Source of the DNA: Diplonema japonicum
Taxonomy: Eukaryota; Protista; Euglenozoa: Diplonemea
Length of the DNA stretch: 64,000 nucleotides
NCBI GenBank assembly: GCA_964019335.1
Contig: OZ025729.1
Location: 372,883 to 436,882, forward strand
Reading direction: 5' to 3'
Shown here piece after piece: positions 31,111-41,413 of this stretch; the first letter of the stretch is position 1, and the number at the start of each line of letters is the position of its first letter. The translations under genes were made by a program, and so were the position numbers. The notes beneath the pieces were generated by a model. The model saw only the letters and a list, made by a program, of their open reading frames with translations. It ran no database searches and had not been told where the DNA came from.

Positions 31111-33282
31111 ATGTCACTAACGGTAGCGGTGTGCGCGTTGCTCGCAATTGCCAACAACGATGCCGACGGGGCAGTGGACTACATCAGAGTGTCCGAGTAC
31201 GAAAGGTCCCTCCCTGGGGTGGCCATTGACAAGGAGTGGGAATTCAACTGCAACAGCGTGGTGCACCTTGAGTGGTACGTCACGTACTTCGAAACGGAAA
31301 CACCCCTCCTTGTGCAGCATGCGGGCGGCGAGCTGATGTACCACCCCCTTTCAGGAGACGAAGACCCGACCAGCCTGCAGGGACCCCTTCGCTTCACATT
31401 CAATGATGAGTTCTTCTCAGGAAACGTGCGATTCTCGATCAGGCTGCAATGCGGCAATGGTAACTCCTCTTTTGTGCCCGAAGGAGCCACGGGGGAAATC
31501 ACCTATCCGGATGCGAGCGGTGCCGAGGAGTGGGAGGTCTACTGCAAAGACACACTGCACCTCGTATGGGACGACTACTCCATTCCTTACGCACCTGTGG
31601 GCTGTGCGGTGCAGGATGGAAATGACTACTTGCATGTTCGCATCGGCGGTTCGACACAAGTGGAGAGAGTGCTTCCTTCCGACAAGCCAACAAGCATAAC
31701 AGGGCCTGTGAGGTTCTTCTTGGATGCGAACGAAAGCAGCAGCGATAACAGCTTCTCGTTCCGCTGGTCGTGTGGAAAGAAGTTTGAAGAGCTGCCCGAC
31801 GGAGCAGTGGACTACATCAGAGTGTCCGAGTACGAAAAGTCCCTCCCTGGCGCGGCCATTGACAAGGACTGGGACTTCAACTGCAACGGGACCGTGCACC
31901 TTGAGTGGTACGTCACGTACTTCGAAACGGAAACGCCCCTCCTTGTGAAGCATGCAGATGGTGCGCTGATGTACCACCCCCTTTCAGGAGACGAAGACCC
32001 GACCAGCCTGCAGGGACCCCTTCGCTTCTCGTTCAGCGACGCTACATTCTCGGGTTTTGCACGATTCTCGATTAGGATGCAGTGCGGAGGTACGAGCACA
32101 CCTGTTGATATCGGAGCGACCGGGAGTGTCACCTACCCGAAAGGTGATGCTGAGGAATGGGAGATTAATTGCGAGGACAACATCTTCCTTGCGTGGGACG
32201 AGTTCTCCATTCCTTACACGGCAGTGGATGGGTGCAGCCTGGAGCGAGACGGCAACGACTACTTGTATGCTCGTATCGGTGGCTCAACTCAAGTGGAGAA
32301 AGTATTAGATTCTGACAAACCAATGAACATGTCCGGCCCTGTGAGGTTCTTCTTGGAAAGGACTGAAAACAGCAGCCAGGGTAGCTTTGTCTTCCGCTGG
32401 TCATGCGGTACGAAGGTAGTAGACCCAACTCCCATTCCAACACCTATGCCCACACCTGTTCCCACACCTGTCCCTACACCGGTACCCACCACGACACCAC
32501 TCGCGGACTCGCTGTGGTGCACTACGGACGCTGACTGCACGGTACTTGGGGACGGGTCGGCAGTTTGCTCATCGGGGAGGTGTTCATGCGGAAGTGGGTT
32601 CGTGAACCCCGAGCTGGACGGGCTTGTGGCCTACGTGTGCGCAGGGAACGGCACACAAGCGAGCTATTTCAACGAGAACAGCACGGTGCGCGTGGACGCG
32701 GTGTTCGCAGCAGGCGACTGCACCGTGTTCTTGGGGAGCGCAGCACAGCAAGCGGCCTTTGAGAAGCTTCTGATGGACGCACTGGGGGTGCAGAATGTGG
32801 TGGTGGTGTACCAGTGCGGGAGTGTTCACTTCAGTACCCAATCGGTGGTGTCAAACAGAAAGCTGTCTGACCTCGGGAACGCACTGAGCGGGCTGGCTGC
32901 TGGGGTCCTTGCGAGCGATTCCCTGAAGGGGACTCTGGGGGCAATGCAGGTTACTGGGACATCCACTGGCTCGGGGCTTGTGGGATGCCCTACAGCAGGG
33001 GCCTCAGGTTCAACACGGTTGAATGGGGTGTGCCATGCGACGAGCTGCAAGACTGGGTACACCTTGGGGAAGATCGGCTCTGTAAACACGTGTCTTGTGA
33101 GCCCCACTCCTTCCCCCAATGCTGATGATGATTTCGAGACCACTCCTGGCATCATCGTGGTTGTGGTGCTGTCGTCTGTTGTCATCGTGGCTGCTCTTTC
33201 TTATTTGGTCTACAGGATCTGCCAGAAGGCGTCTGGACTCTCGTCAGACAGGAACGCGCCTGTTACTCGTTATGATGCTTAG
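31111..33282 (+). CDS. Type I surface protein: signal peptide, duplicated CUB-like pair, PT-rich stalk, Cys-rich module, C-terminal TM
   Basis: Hydrophobic N-terminus. ~211-aa internal repeat (31162-31775 vs 31795-32410). PTPIPTPMPTPVPT stalk. WCTTDADC..CSSGRCSC. TM GIIVVVVLSSVVIVAALSYLV. Confidence 0.75.
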   Translation: MSLTVAVCALLAIANNDADGAVDYIRVSEYERSLPGVAIDKEWEFNCNSVVHLEWYVTYFETETPLLVQHAGGELMYHPLSGDEDPTSLQGPLRFTFNDEFFSGNVRFSIRLQCGNGNSSFVPEGATGEITYPDASGAEEWEVYCKDTLHLVWDDYSIPYAPVGCAVQDGNDYLHVRIGGSTQVERVLPSDKPTSITGPVRFFLDANESSSDNSFSFRWSCGKKFEELPDGAVDYIRVSEYEKSLPGAAIDKDWDFNCNGTVHLEWYVTYFETETPLLVKHADGALMYHPLSGDEDPTSLQGPLRFSFSDATFSGFARFSIRMQCGGTSTPVDIGATGSVTYPKGDAEEWEINCEDNIFLAWDEFSIPYTAVDGCSLERDGNDYLYARIGGSTQVEKVLDSDKPMNMSGPVRFFLERTENSSQGSFVFRWSCGTKVVDPTPIPTPMPTPVPTPVPTPVPTTTPLADSLWCTTDADCTVLGDGSAVCSSGRCSCGSGFVNPELDGLVAYVCAGNGTQASYFNENSTVRVDAVFAAGDCTVFLGSAAQQAAFEKLLMDALGVQNVVVVYQCGSVHFSTQSVVSNRKLSDLGNALSGLAAGVLASDSLKGTLGAMQVTGTSTGSGLVGCPTAGASGSTRLNGVCHATSCKTGYTLGKIGSVNTCLVSPTPSPNADDDFETTPGIIVVVVLSSVVIVAALSYLVYRICQKASGLSSDRNAPVTRYDA

Positions 33283-34253
33283 TTTCTATTCCTTTAAAGC
33301 TTTTTTTTTCATTTATTTCACAGTGGAGCTATTCACTTATTTCGTTAATTTTAATCTGTAGTGAACCGGTGGGGTTTAAAGTAAAACGTATTTTCATGGC
33401 AATAACTTAGTAGGAAGAGAAAAAAAAAAGAAATAAGGTTATTGTTTCTGTGCTTTGAACCCCCCCCCCCCCCCGTTATATTATCGCTCCACAGTGCAAG
33501 ATTTTTTAAAAATCCTAGTGTGTTCAACACTGATGATAAATAGCAAGAGCAGGATGACGAATCCAAGCATAAGATGTTTGGATAGGAAAGAAGGAGGGAG
33601 AATGAAAGAAAGAAAAACGAAATTAGAAAAGGACGTGCCAGAGTTCTTTCTTGTTCTTTTTTCTTCTTTCTTTCTTTCTACTATTCAACAAGTTTTTAGA
33701 ATGCACAGACATGCTCTGGCTAGTGTTTGTCATCAATTGGAGCATTTTTTATTCCCCCCCAGTGTCTCTGATCAGCTTTGAGTATCTGATATAGAGGCCT
33801 GTTGCCCAAAGTTCTCTACCCCCTTTTTTTTTTTTACTTTTGTTTCCCTCTTAATATTTTCGGGGCCATTGCAGTAAGTAACTCGCCAGCAGTTTTAGTA
33901 CCATGGAGATTCTACCTGGTCAATTTGTTGGTTTTTCTTGCTTGTCCCGCCTTTGAAATATTAGCCTAGTGTGGTTGAAACTGCTATTTTCTTCGTGTAA
34001 ACCAATTTTTTTTTCCTTTTCTGCGTCCCCTTTTTTTTGGGTAATGAACCAACTTACTTACCACAAAAGAAAAAGCCATAAATATAACAATTCTTTTGTT
34101 TACAAACTTCTCCAGGTTTTCACCCGGCACGTACAAACAACGGCCAGTTGTGTGCTGGGGCCCCGCAGGCATGACAACAAAACAAAAACAAAAAAAGGGA
34201 AGAAATTGGAAACCCGAGTTAAAAGTATGACATCTTTTGTTTTGTTGGTGATA

Positions 34254-34288
<35 letters not shown>

Positions 34289-34319
34289 TATTTTACAGCT
34301 CAGTTTCCGTTTTTGTACG

Positions 34320-34357
<38 letters not shown>

Positions 34358-35159
34358 TAGTAGCATGCGAGTTTTTATTCTCCCAGGAATTTATACCGTG
34401 CGCTAAAAACCGACTCTTTTTCTTTTTTAAAGGGGCGTCTCACAACACTTCAACTCAATATATATTTTTTTTCTTTTAGGGGCTCAGGTGGGTTTGCCCT
34501 CAACATCGCCGTTTCAGCTTTTTCTTTTTCTTTTCTTCCATCAGTCCCCCCTCCCACTTTTGATATGAGCGTCTGTAGAAATAAAAGAAGAAGAAAAATG
34601 AATTTTTGTGCAGACAGAATCCTTTTTTTTAAAAGCTTTTTCGCCCCCGGTCTGTTGCGACGGTTTTTTGCTGAAAGCTTTTTTTTTTTATTACTTTTTT
34701 AGAACTGCGGCACCAACTTTTATGTTGATAAAGATGCATTTTGAAGAGGGAAAAAAAAAAAAAAAAAGAAGCAAAGGACCAAGCAAACGGCGGAACTCAT
34801 ATTCCTTTTTATTTCCCCCCTTTCCTTTAAACCTTTTTTTATTTCTTCCCCGATACTTTTACAAACCAGAGATATGGTTTATTCTTATCTTCTAATTGTT
34901 TTTTTTTTTTCTTTTTGGAAGGAGAAGAAGAGAGGAAAAAAAAAAAAAAGATCCCCCCCTCCGGGCCGTAAACGGGCTGGATATGTTTTCGAAGTTTCTT
35001 TTTTTTTTTTTTGGGGAGCTTTTCACGAACATCGCTGCGGGACAGCGATGGAGTGTTTGGCCCAAAAAGAAAAAAAAGATTTTTTTTCGCCCCCTTTTTT
35101 TTAAAGTTTTTCGAAGTTTTTTTTTCCCCCCCTCCACTCTCACTCAGGGTCCAAAAACG

Positions 35160-37589
35160 ATGCCCGTTCATGTACCTTCGAAGCTGATCATCTTCGTCTC
35201 CACAGTCGTCTCAACCTTCATCTCGCTTCTTGCAGGATACCTGCTTTATGCAGAGAGCATCTCTGTCCTGCGCTCCGCAGTCGACGACGCCAGCGCGGCA
35301 GCATCGAAAAGTGCAAGACTGAGATTGTCAGGCATGCTCAAGGACACCGTAAGAAACGCAGAAGAACGAATCCTTCTGTTCAACAGAAACGACATCTACA
35401 ATGTCTCGGATGGCATGCGCAAGCTCGACGAGCTGTACCACGCACAGGCCTTCGCATCGCTGAGGTCGTCTGAAAACTTTTACGGCGGCGGGTACACCTT
35501 GTCTACAAAGACAGACCGTTGCCCTACTTGCACACAACCATGGGACGACTTAGAAGGCTACACCAAGGTGACTATCTGGTACGACCCCATCTTCGATCTT
35601 GAAGGGAAAGACGCAAAATTCTGGCTCACCGGAAGGACCGTGCCCGAAGGGAACAGCAGTAACATAACGTGGATGAGGTCTTTCAAAGCCCTTGACAGCG
35701 ATACAGGCGTGCTGGTGGATCAAAAGCAGTATGAGAACATCCTCCCTACCCCGTGGACCATCAACGTGTCCGCGGACATCGAGCTCACAGAGGGCACCTC
35801 TGTCAACGGGACATGGTCGCCGTCCTACTTCTGGAACTCCGTCGATGGCACACCCTACGCCTACGTGGCCTACACTGTTAAGTACGAGCCTGATTGGGGG
35901 AAGGACGAGTACATCTTCCTCATGACCAGCTGGTTCATGTTCCACCCCTGGACGTCCATCATCAGGGAGTTCAAAACAACGCACACCGAACTGGTGGCTC
36001 TCGACACAGCTGCAAGTCAGGTCTTCGCACACACTGTGTACGAGGGACCGGTGGCAAGTGTCAAGCCGGAGTGCTTCTTGCACTGTTTCACTTGTGCCGA
36101 CAGAGCCGGCGTCGACTGCGTCATGCACCCCAGCGACCTCGGGCCCACCATATCCGCTGCTGTGAGTAATTCAATGACCCGCGAGCGTGGGACATTCTTC
36201 ACGTCCGACCTGCCGTCTACAAGCCAGCGCATCCATGTCAGGTACGGGGCCACCTATGATTTGACGGATTTAGGCAAAAGAAACCCGAAGCCCCCTTACA
36301 AGCAAGACTACTACATTGACTCGAAGTTGGACGGCGGGGAGTACTTCCTACGCTTGACGCACTTCTACACTGCTGGGGGTACCACCTATGAGCTCCTCTG
36401 GATGCGCTCCGTCGCCTCTGTGAACGAGAAGGTCTTCGCTGCACTAATCCAGCTCATCATTGCATCTGTCGTGATCTTCGTGGTTGACATCGGAATCGCC
36501 GTTCTGGAGGTGACCCTGATCGCCCGCCCGCTGGAGAAGCTTGTCATTGGAAACCAGTTCTTGGAAACGATGGATCTTGACGGGGCAGAAGCACATATGA
36601 AAGCAATGTACAAGCCCATTATGGTGAAGGAGGTGGCCCGTGTGACTGATGGATTGCTACTAGCGATTAAGGGTTTGAGGGAGTACAAGGCGTACCTCCC
36701 AAACACCTTGTTCGTTGATGAGTCTGACGAAGCCGACAGCGTGACCTCAGCAAGCACACGGGTGACGGAAAAGACGAACCAATCGACCAAGGCAGCGGTT
36801 AACGGTGGGATGCAAAACCTCGCGATGAATCTGCAGCACTACAAAGGCGCGGTGGTGCGGCTGTCCTTCGTCGAGGAACTGTACCCATCGTTCCCAGACG
36901 ACTTTGGCGCGCTTGTTGAGGTTGTACACGAGACGGCCATGGCGACAAGGGGCCTTGCTCACGGGTTCTCCGTATCCGACCCTCTCACCTTCACGCTGAC
37001 ATGGAACGTAGGCCTGCGGTGCACAGACGCAATACTACGCGCCGTCAGCTACTGCAGAGCCATCTCATGCTCGTCAAGAATATCACAAAGAGCAGTGCCT
37101 GTCATGGCGGTGGCCTATGGTGATCTTCTAGCTGGTAACCTTGGGTCGAACACACACAAGGGGTTCGGTGTCAAGGGGACCACCATGCAGGAGCTAAGAG
37201 GTATTTCCGCTGTCGCAGATATCGTCGGCTTCAACCTGACCCGCTCTGTTACACTGGTCTCTCCTGTGGTGGCCGAAGGTGTTACTGGCAGGTTCGGACT
37301 GGGTGGTGTGACCTTACTAAAGGTCAATGGTGTGAAGAGAACCCTTATAGTGTACGAGGTGGGAAGCTTCATTGAGGTCAGTGAAGAGGAATGGATGTAC
37401 CAACTGGAGGAGGCTGACACTGCTGACCCTGTGACCGATGCTTTTAAGGAGCTGATCGCAAATCCGGAAGCAAGGCCTACAAGTCATTTGAGGATAATGC
37501 ACCCAACCGACATTCAGGTCTGGGCCATGAAGAATATCAGTGAAGGGCGTGCTATGATGTCCTATTCTAGGGCAGGGGCGACTTGGTAG
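35160..37589 (+). CDS. Two-TM receptor-type cyclase-like protein (degenerate), family B copy 1
   Basis: ATG at 35160. TM1, large extracellular domain, TM2 + HAMP-like IARPLEKL, EYKAYLP, cyclase-like GDLLAGNLG, EWMYQL. Confidence 0.8.
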   Translation: MPVHVPSKLIIFVSTVVSTFISLLAGYLLYAESISVLRSAVDDASAAASKSARLRLSGMLKDTVRNAEERILLFNRNDIYNVSDGMRKLDELYHAQAFASLRSSENFYGGGYTLSTKTDRCPTCTQPWDDLEGYTKVTIWYDPIFDLEGKDAKFWLTGRTVPEGNSSNITWMRSFKALDSDTGVLVDQKQYENILPTPWTINVSADIELTEGTSVNGTWSPSYFWNSVDGTPYAYVAYTVKYEPDWGKDEYIFLMTSWFMFHPWTSIIREFKTTHTELVALDTAASQVFAHTVYEGPVASVKPECFLHCFTCADRAGVDCVMHPSDLGPTISAAVSNSMTRERGTFFTSDLPSTSQRIHVRYGATYDLTDLGKRNPKPPYKQDYYIDSKLDGGEYFLRLTHFYTAGGTTYELLWMRSVASVNEKVFAALIQLIIASVVIFVVDIGIAVLEVTLIARPLEKLVIGNQFLETMDLDGAEAHMKAMYKPIMVKEVARVTDGLLLAIKGLREYKAYLPNTLFVDESDEADSVTSASTRVTEKTNQSTKAAVNGGMQNLAMNLQHYKGAVVRLSFVEELYPSFPDDFGALVEVVHETAMATRGLAHGFSVSDPLTFTLTWNVGLRCTDAILRAVSYCRAISCSSRISQRAVPVMAVAYGDLLAGNLGSNTHKGFGVKGTTMQELRGISAVADIVGFNLTRSVTLVSPVVAEGVTGRFGLGGVTLLKVNGVKRTLIVYEVGSFIEVSEEEWMYQLEEADTADPVTDAFKELIANPEARPTSHLRIMHPTDIQVWAMKNISEGRAMMSYSRAGATW

Positions 37590-37974
37590 GTTTTTTTTAT
37601 ATTTTTATTATTCACATTTCCCCATTTCATAAACCCCCATTTCACTGGTGGCTTTTCTTTGCTGCGATCAACTGGCGGTGGTGCACTTGGGTCTCAAGTT
37701 CAATCGAGTGACATTTTTTTCATTTTGTGGTTTCATTTTTGTTTTTATAAGGGTGTTCCTCAAGTGGGATTTGTCTTTTCAACATCGCCTTTTTTTCTTT
37801 TCTTTTCTTTTCTTTTGGTCGTTGCAAGACCGCCTATAGGAAGTATTGGACGATTCGGTTAACAGAATAGTTTTTTTTTTTTTTTTGTGGGTTGTTATTT
37901 AACTCCTATCATCGTAGCGAGATTTCTTTGTTTTTTTATTATTTTCTTTTTATTTTCTTTTTTTTTTTTTTTTT

Positions 37975-38029
37975 GCTGGAACAAGTAAACAAATTTTGAA
38001 ACCGGCTTGCACAAACAATCAGCCGACTC
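37975..38029 (+). mobile_element. 55-bp mini-derivative of the YR retrotransposon (left terminus joined to right terminus)
   Basis: GCTGGAACAAGTAAACAAATTTTGAAA + CCGGCTTGCACAAACAATCAGCCGACTC between T-tracts. Confidence 0.75.
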
Positions 38030-38238
38030 TTTTTTTTTTTTTTTTTTTCCCCGCCCCTTCCCCTATCGTAGTTAACATTAAAACATTTTTCTTATCTTGA
38101 TAAAAACTGACAACGCAAAAAAAAAAAAACTTATTTGTCGGATTTTTTCTTCTTTTTTTTTTTGAAAGGAAAAAAAAGGGGGGGAGAAAGAAAATATTTA
38201 AGAATAAAAAAAAGCACGCAGTTTGTTTTTTTTTTTGT

Positions 38239-38274
<36 letters not shown>

Positions 38275-38599
38275 AAGCAACTTTTTTTTTATTTGTTTCA
38301 GATACCTTGCATTGCAGATTCTTACTTGACACCCAGCGCTACCCATAAAGGACCGAAACTCAAAAAGCAAATGTTTATTTTTTACTGAATGCGAAAAGAT
38401 ATAGCAGTGTATGAAGTGTTCAAAAATAAGATATACCATTTTATATATTCTTGCCCAATTTTTAAAACAACAAAGCGGTCCTTTATGGGTTTATTAAGTT
38501 GCAATTGAGAGATCTTATAATATAAGCAGAGTTTTTCAAAAAGAAAAAGAAAACCCCTCTTTCACTAAGCCCTTTTTGTTTTTTGTTTTTTTGTTTTTT

Positions 38600-38639
38600 G
38601 GCGGGCCGTTGCTAACCACTTCGTTCCTATCATAGTGAA
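38600..38639 (+). repeat. ~40-nt dispersed motif matching the LINE 3' end (copy 2)
   Basis: GGCGGGCCGTTGCTAACCACTTCGTTCCTATCATAGTGAA, identical to 52716-52755 and flanked by T-tracts. Confidence 0.85.
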
Positions 38640-39396
38640 TTTTTTTTTTTGGCTAGTATTTAAGGGTTGAAGAGCTAGTATTACCTAGTTAACTAAGACC
38701 TTATGCTGACGAAGGGAATTCTTTTTTTTTTTTTTTTAATACCAATTGGAAAGGGCCAGGGAGGGAAGCTGCACTTGATACTGCAGTCAGCTTTAGCCGC
38801 CCTTTTTTTTTTCTCTTTTTTTTTTCCTCTTTTTTTCCCCAGACAAACTTTTCAGATACATGTGCAGCAGATGTGCTTGAAAGCTTTTGATAATAATGTC
38901 GTGCTTTCTCCCCCTTCCGTTTTATTTTTGTTTCTTTTTGTGGTGGATCGTTGCCAAGCCGCCTTCTCTCATCGCAGTGAATTTATAGGAAATGAATTTC
39001 GCCCCTACGCAAACAGAGAAAAAAAGAAAAGATACAAAAGGGAAAGAAAAAGAAAGAAAAGAAAAAAGAGGAGAAGAAACAGAAAAAAAAAAAAAAAAAA
39101 AAAAAAAAAAGGAACAGGAATGCGGTAAATTTCTATTCATCTTCTTCTTCTTTTTATTTTTTTTATTTTCTTTTTTATTTCTTTTTTATTTCTTTTTTTA
39201 TTTTTATTTTAATCTTTTTTTTTTTTTTTTTCAGCGGACGGCCGTTACTTTTTCTTTCTCTCTCTTTTTTTTTTAGTTTTTTTTGCTGGAACAAGTAAAC
39301 AAATTTTTGAAAAGAATTGTTATTGCAAAAAAGAGTAGAGGCAGCTTGTCCGTTTATCCCTACTGTAGGTGAAAACGGCTTGCACAAACAAAAAAT

Positions 39397-39750
39397 ATGG
39401 CTTGCGCAGACATCGACCCGTCGGAGTTATCGGTTATACTATACCCGGAGGGGGCCCCCGCGGCGCCGGCGGACCCGGACTGTGCTGCCGGCTGCGACCG
39501 GGAGCACAAAACGGGGTTCCATTGCCCCCGATGTGGTTGCCTGGGCAACGAAGCGTGCCTCAAGCAGGTTCACAAAAGAGACGGAACGCACCTTCTAAAG
39601 GACCTGGGCTCCAGGGGTTGGATCTGCCCCCGATGTCTATGGGCGGTCCAGAAGGAGGGCGAACCTCTGGTGCTGCTAGGTTCCCCCGCTAGGGAGGAGA
39701 AACAGGCCCCCGTCCTGACGGAGGGGCTGATGCCTACAGGGCATTCTTGA
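39397..39750 (+). CDS. PHD/RING-like zinc-finger ORF of the YR element
   Basis: CAAGC..FHCPRC..NEAC..GWICPRC. ATG lies directly after repeat A1. May be the frameshifted N-terminus of the gag-like ORF. Confidence 0.6.
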   Translation: MACADIDPSELSVILYPEGAPAAPADPDCAAGCDREHKTGFHCPRCGCLGNEACLKQVHKRDGTHLLKDLGSRGWICPRCLWAVQKEGEPLVLLGSPAREEKQAPVLTEGLMPTGHS

Positions 39751-40394
39751 GCAGCCCGGGGGGGCTCAAGAGTCTGGGTCTCGCAGACCAGGAGGGATCC
39801 TCCGACCCCGCAGGTCGAGGAGAAGGCCAAGCAGGCCTAGGAGGGGGCCAAGCAGGCCTGGAAGGAGGCCACGCAGGCCCAGGAGGGGGCCAAGCAGGAC
39901 TGGTGCCAGACGAGCTTCCGTACTCGGTGGACACCAGAAGAGTGACGTCCTGGGTCGGACACGTCACACACGCCCATCTCAGACGTCAGCTCCTTGGAAA
40001 CATCCGGACTCGCTACGGACCGATCCCGGAGGACGCCCGGGACACTGCGCGTGGACACGAACACGATGTTCGTAGGTTGTTCCGGTACCTGACGCAGATC
40101 TTCCCGCTCTTTGCCACGGTAGGGGAGGCCCTGTTTCCGCTGGCGCACGATCTCATGGTCCAGCTGGAGTGTTGCCGTATCAGGGCTAAGGCTCCGGATC
40201 GCCAATCCGGCATGGAAAGGGCCTTGGTGTACGAGGAAAGGCTGGAAGGATTGGAATGGACGAAGGTTGATGGCAATGTCATCAGCGCCGCGGCTCGGCT
40301 GGCGGCGGCGGTAAAGTCGGAACCTCTTAGGTCAGAACCCTCAAAGAGACCGAATTACTTCCACGGTGGGGGTCCAAAAAAGGCGAGGCATTGA
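39747..40394 (+). CDS. gag-like ORF of the YR element
   Basis: Lies between the Zn-finger ORF and YR. 21-bp GGQAGL repeats then a helical region. No ATG start; call is positional. Confidence 0.45.
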   Translation: MSSPGGLKSLGLADQEGSSDPAGRGEGQAGLGGGQAGLEGGHAGPGGGQAGLVPDELPYSVDTRRVTSWVGHVTHAHLRRQLLGNIRTRYGPIPEDARDTARGHEHDVRRLFRYLTQIFPLFATVGEALFPLAHDLMVQLECCRIRAKAPDRQSGMERALVYEERLEGLEWTKVDGNVISAAARLAAAVKSEPLRSEPSKRPNYFHGGGPKKARH

Positions 40395-40574
40395 CAGCTG
40401 ACTCATCCACCATCCCTAACTCGTATCAATCAGAACAGTACTTCTCTAGCTCCCGTCAACGGTTCCCTCCCCCCGCTCGCTCCTCTTTTTCATTTATCAA
40501 AAACGTTTCTCACTCCCTCTGCGACTCCGAAAGGTCGGCCGCGATTAAACGACTATTCGATCGCGAAGGAGGAA

Positions 40575-41413
40575 GTGGGACCCCTACTACTGCAAACGCA
40601 AGAGTTCATGGGGACTTGCTACAAATCTCAAGACTCGGTGGTCTCGGTCCTTCGCAGGGGCCGGCAATTCGCGGAGCAGGTACGCAGATGGCATCCGACG
40701 ATATCGGAGGAGGAGGCCTTCCTGCTATGGATAGAAAGGAAACGCAGTGCGGGGCAGATTTCCGCTTCCTCCGCACTACAGTACATGACTTACTGGCGGA
40801 TGGGTCAGGTCGGCCCGACGGCAGCCTATCGTCGTTCCCTCCAAGGGAGACTGGAGGTTTTCAACCATCGCCTAGAAAGCCAGAGGATTCTGGTGTCACG
40901 GGAGCAGGTGCTCAGTGTGATCTCGTCCCCGCAGGACATGTTGACGGCTGCCCTGTCCTTGCAATGGAGCACGGCCGGTCGGTTCGTGGACGTAGAACGT
41001 CTTCTAATAGGGCACGTGTTCCCCCGCCCCGGGGAGACCTTGATCATGCTGGTTGGCGGGAAGACCGACCGACAAGGGAAGGGTCAGGGGGTCGTGGTCC
41101 CGTCGGACGGAAACCTATTCGCGCCTGCGAAGCGGTGGATCGAAGGAAGGAAGCGGTCGGCTACACCGGACCGAAGGGTCTTCCCAACGATATATCCCGC
41201 GTAGCGTACAACCGTTTCCTGATGAAGAGCTTAAACGTCACGGCTCACGACATAAGACATGCGGCGTTGACTCACGTGGCGCGACGTCTGGGGGAAGGAG
41301 CGGCCCAGAGCATGGCTCGACACGCAGAGGCGTCTACAACGAGGTTATATATACCTCCCGAGACGTGGCAGGCGTCGGCGGAGACACGGGCGGGAGGCGC
41401 CAGCCTGCAGTGA
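40575..41413 (+). pseudogene. Tyrosine recombinase with one frameshift near 41190
   Basis: R (AGRFVD) and K (GGKTD) in ORF 40575-41204; HDIR, ARH and TTRLY in the next frame. Removing one AT from ACGATATATCC joins them. Confidence 0.85.

Noticed and set aside
34896-35159. N-terminal ORF extensions and the many poly-F/poly-K ORFs (also 18576, 29428, 49197)
   Set aside because: Translations of poly-T/poly-A spacers from non-ATG starts.
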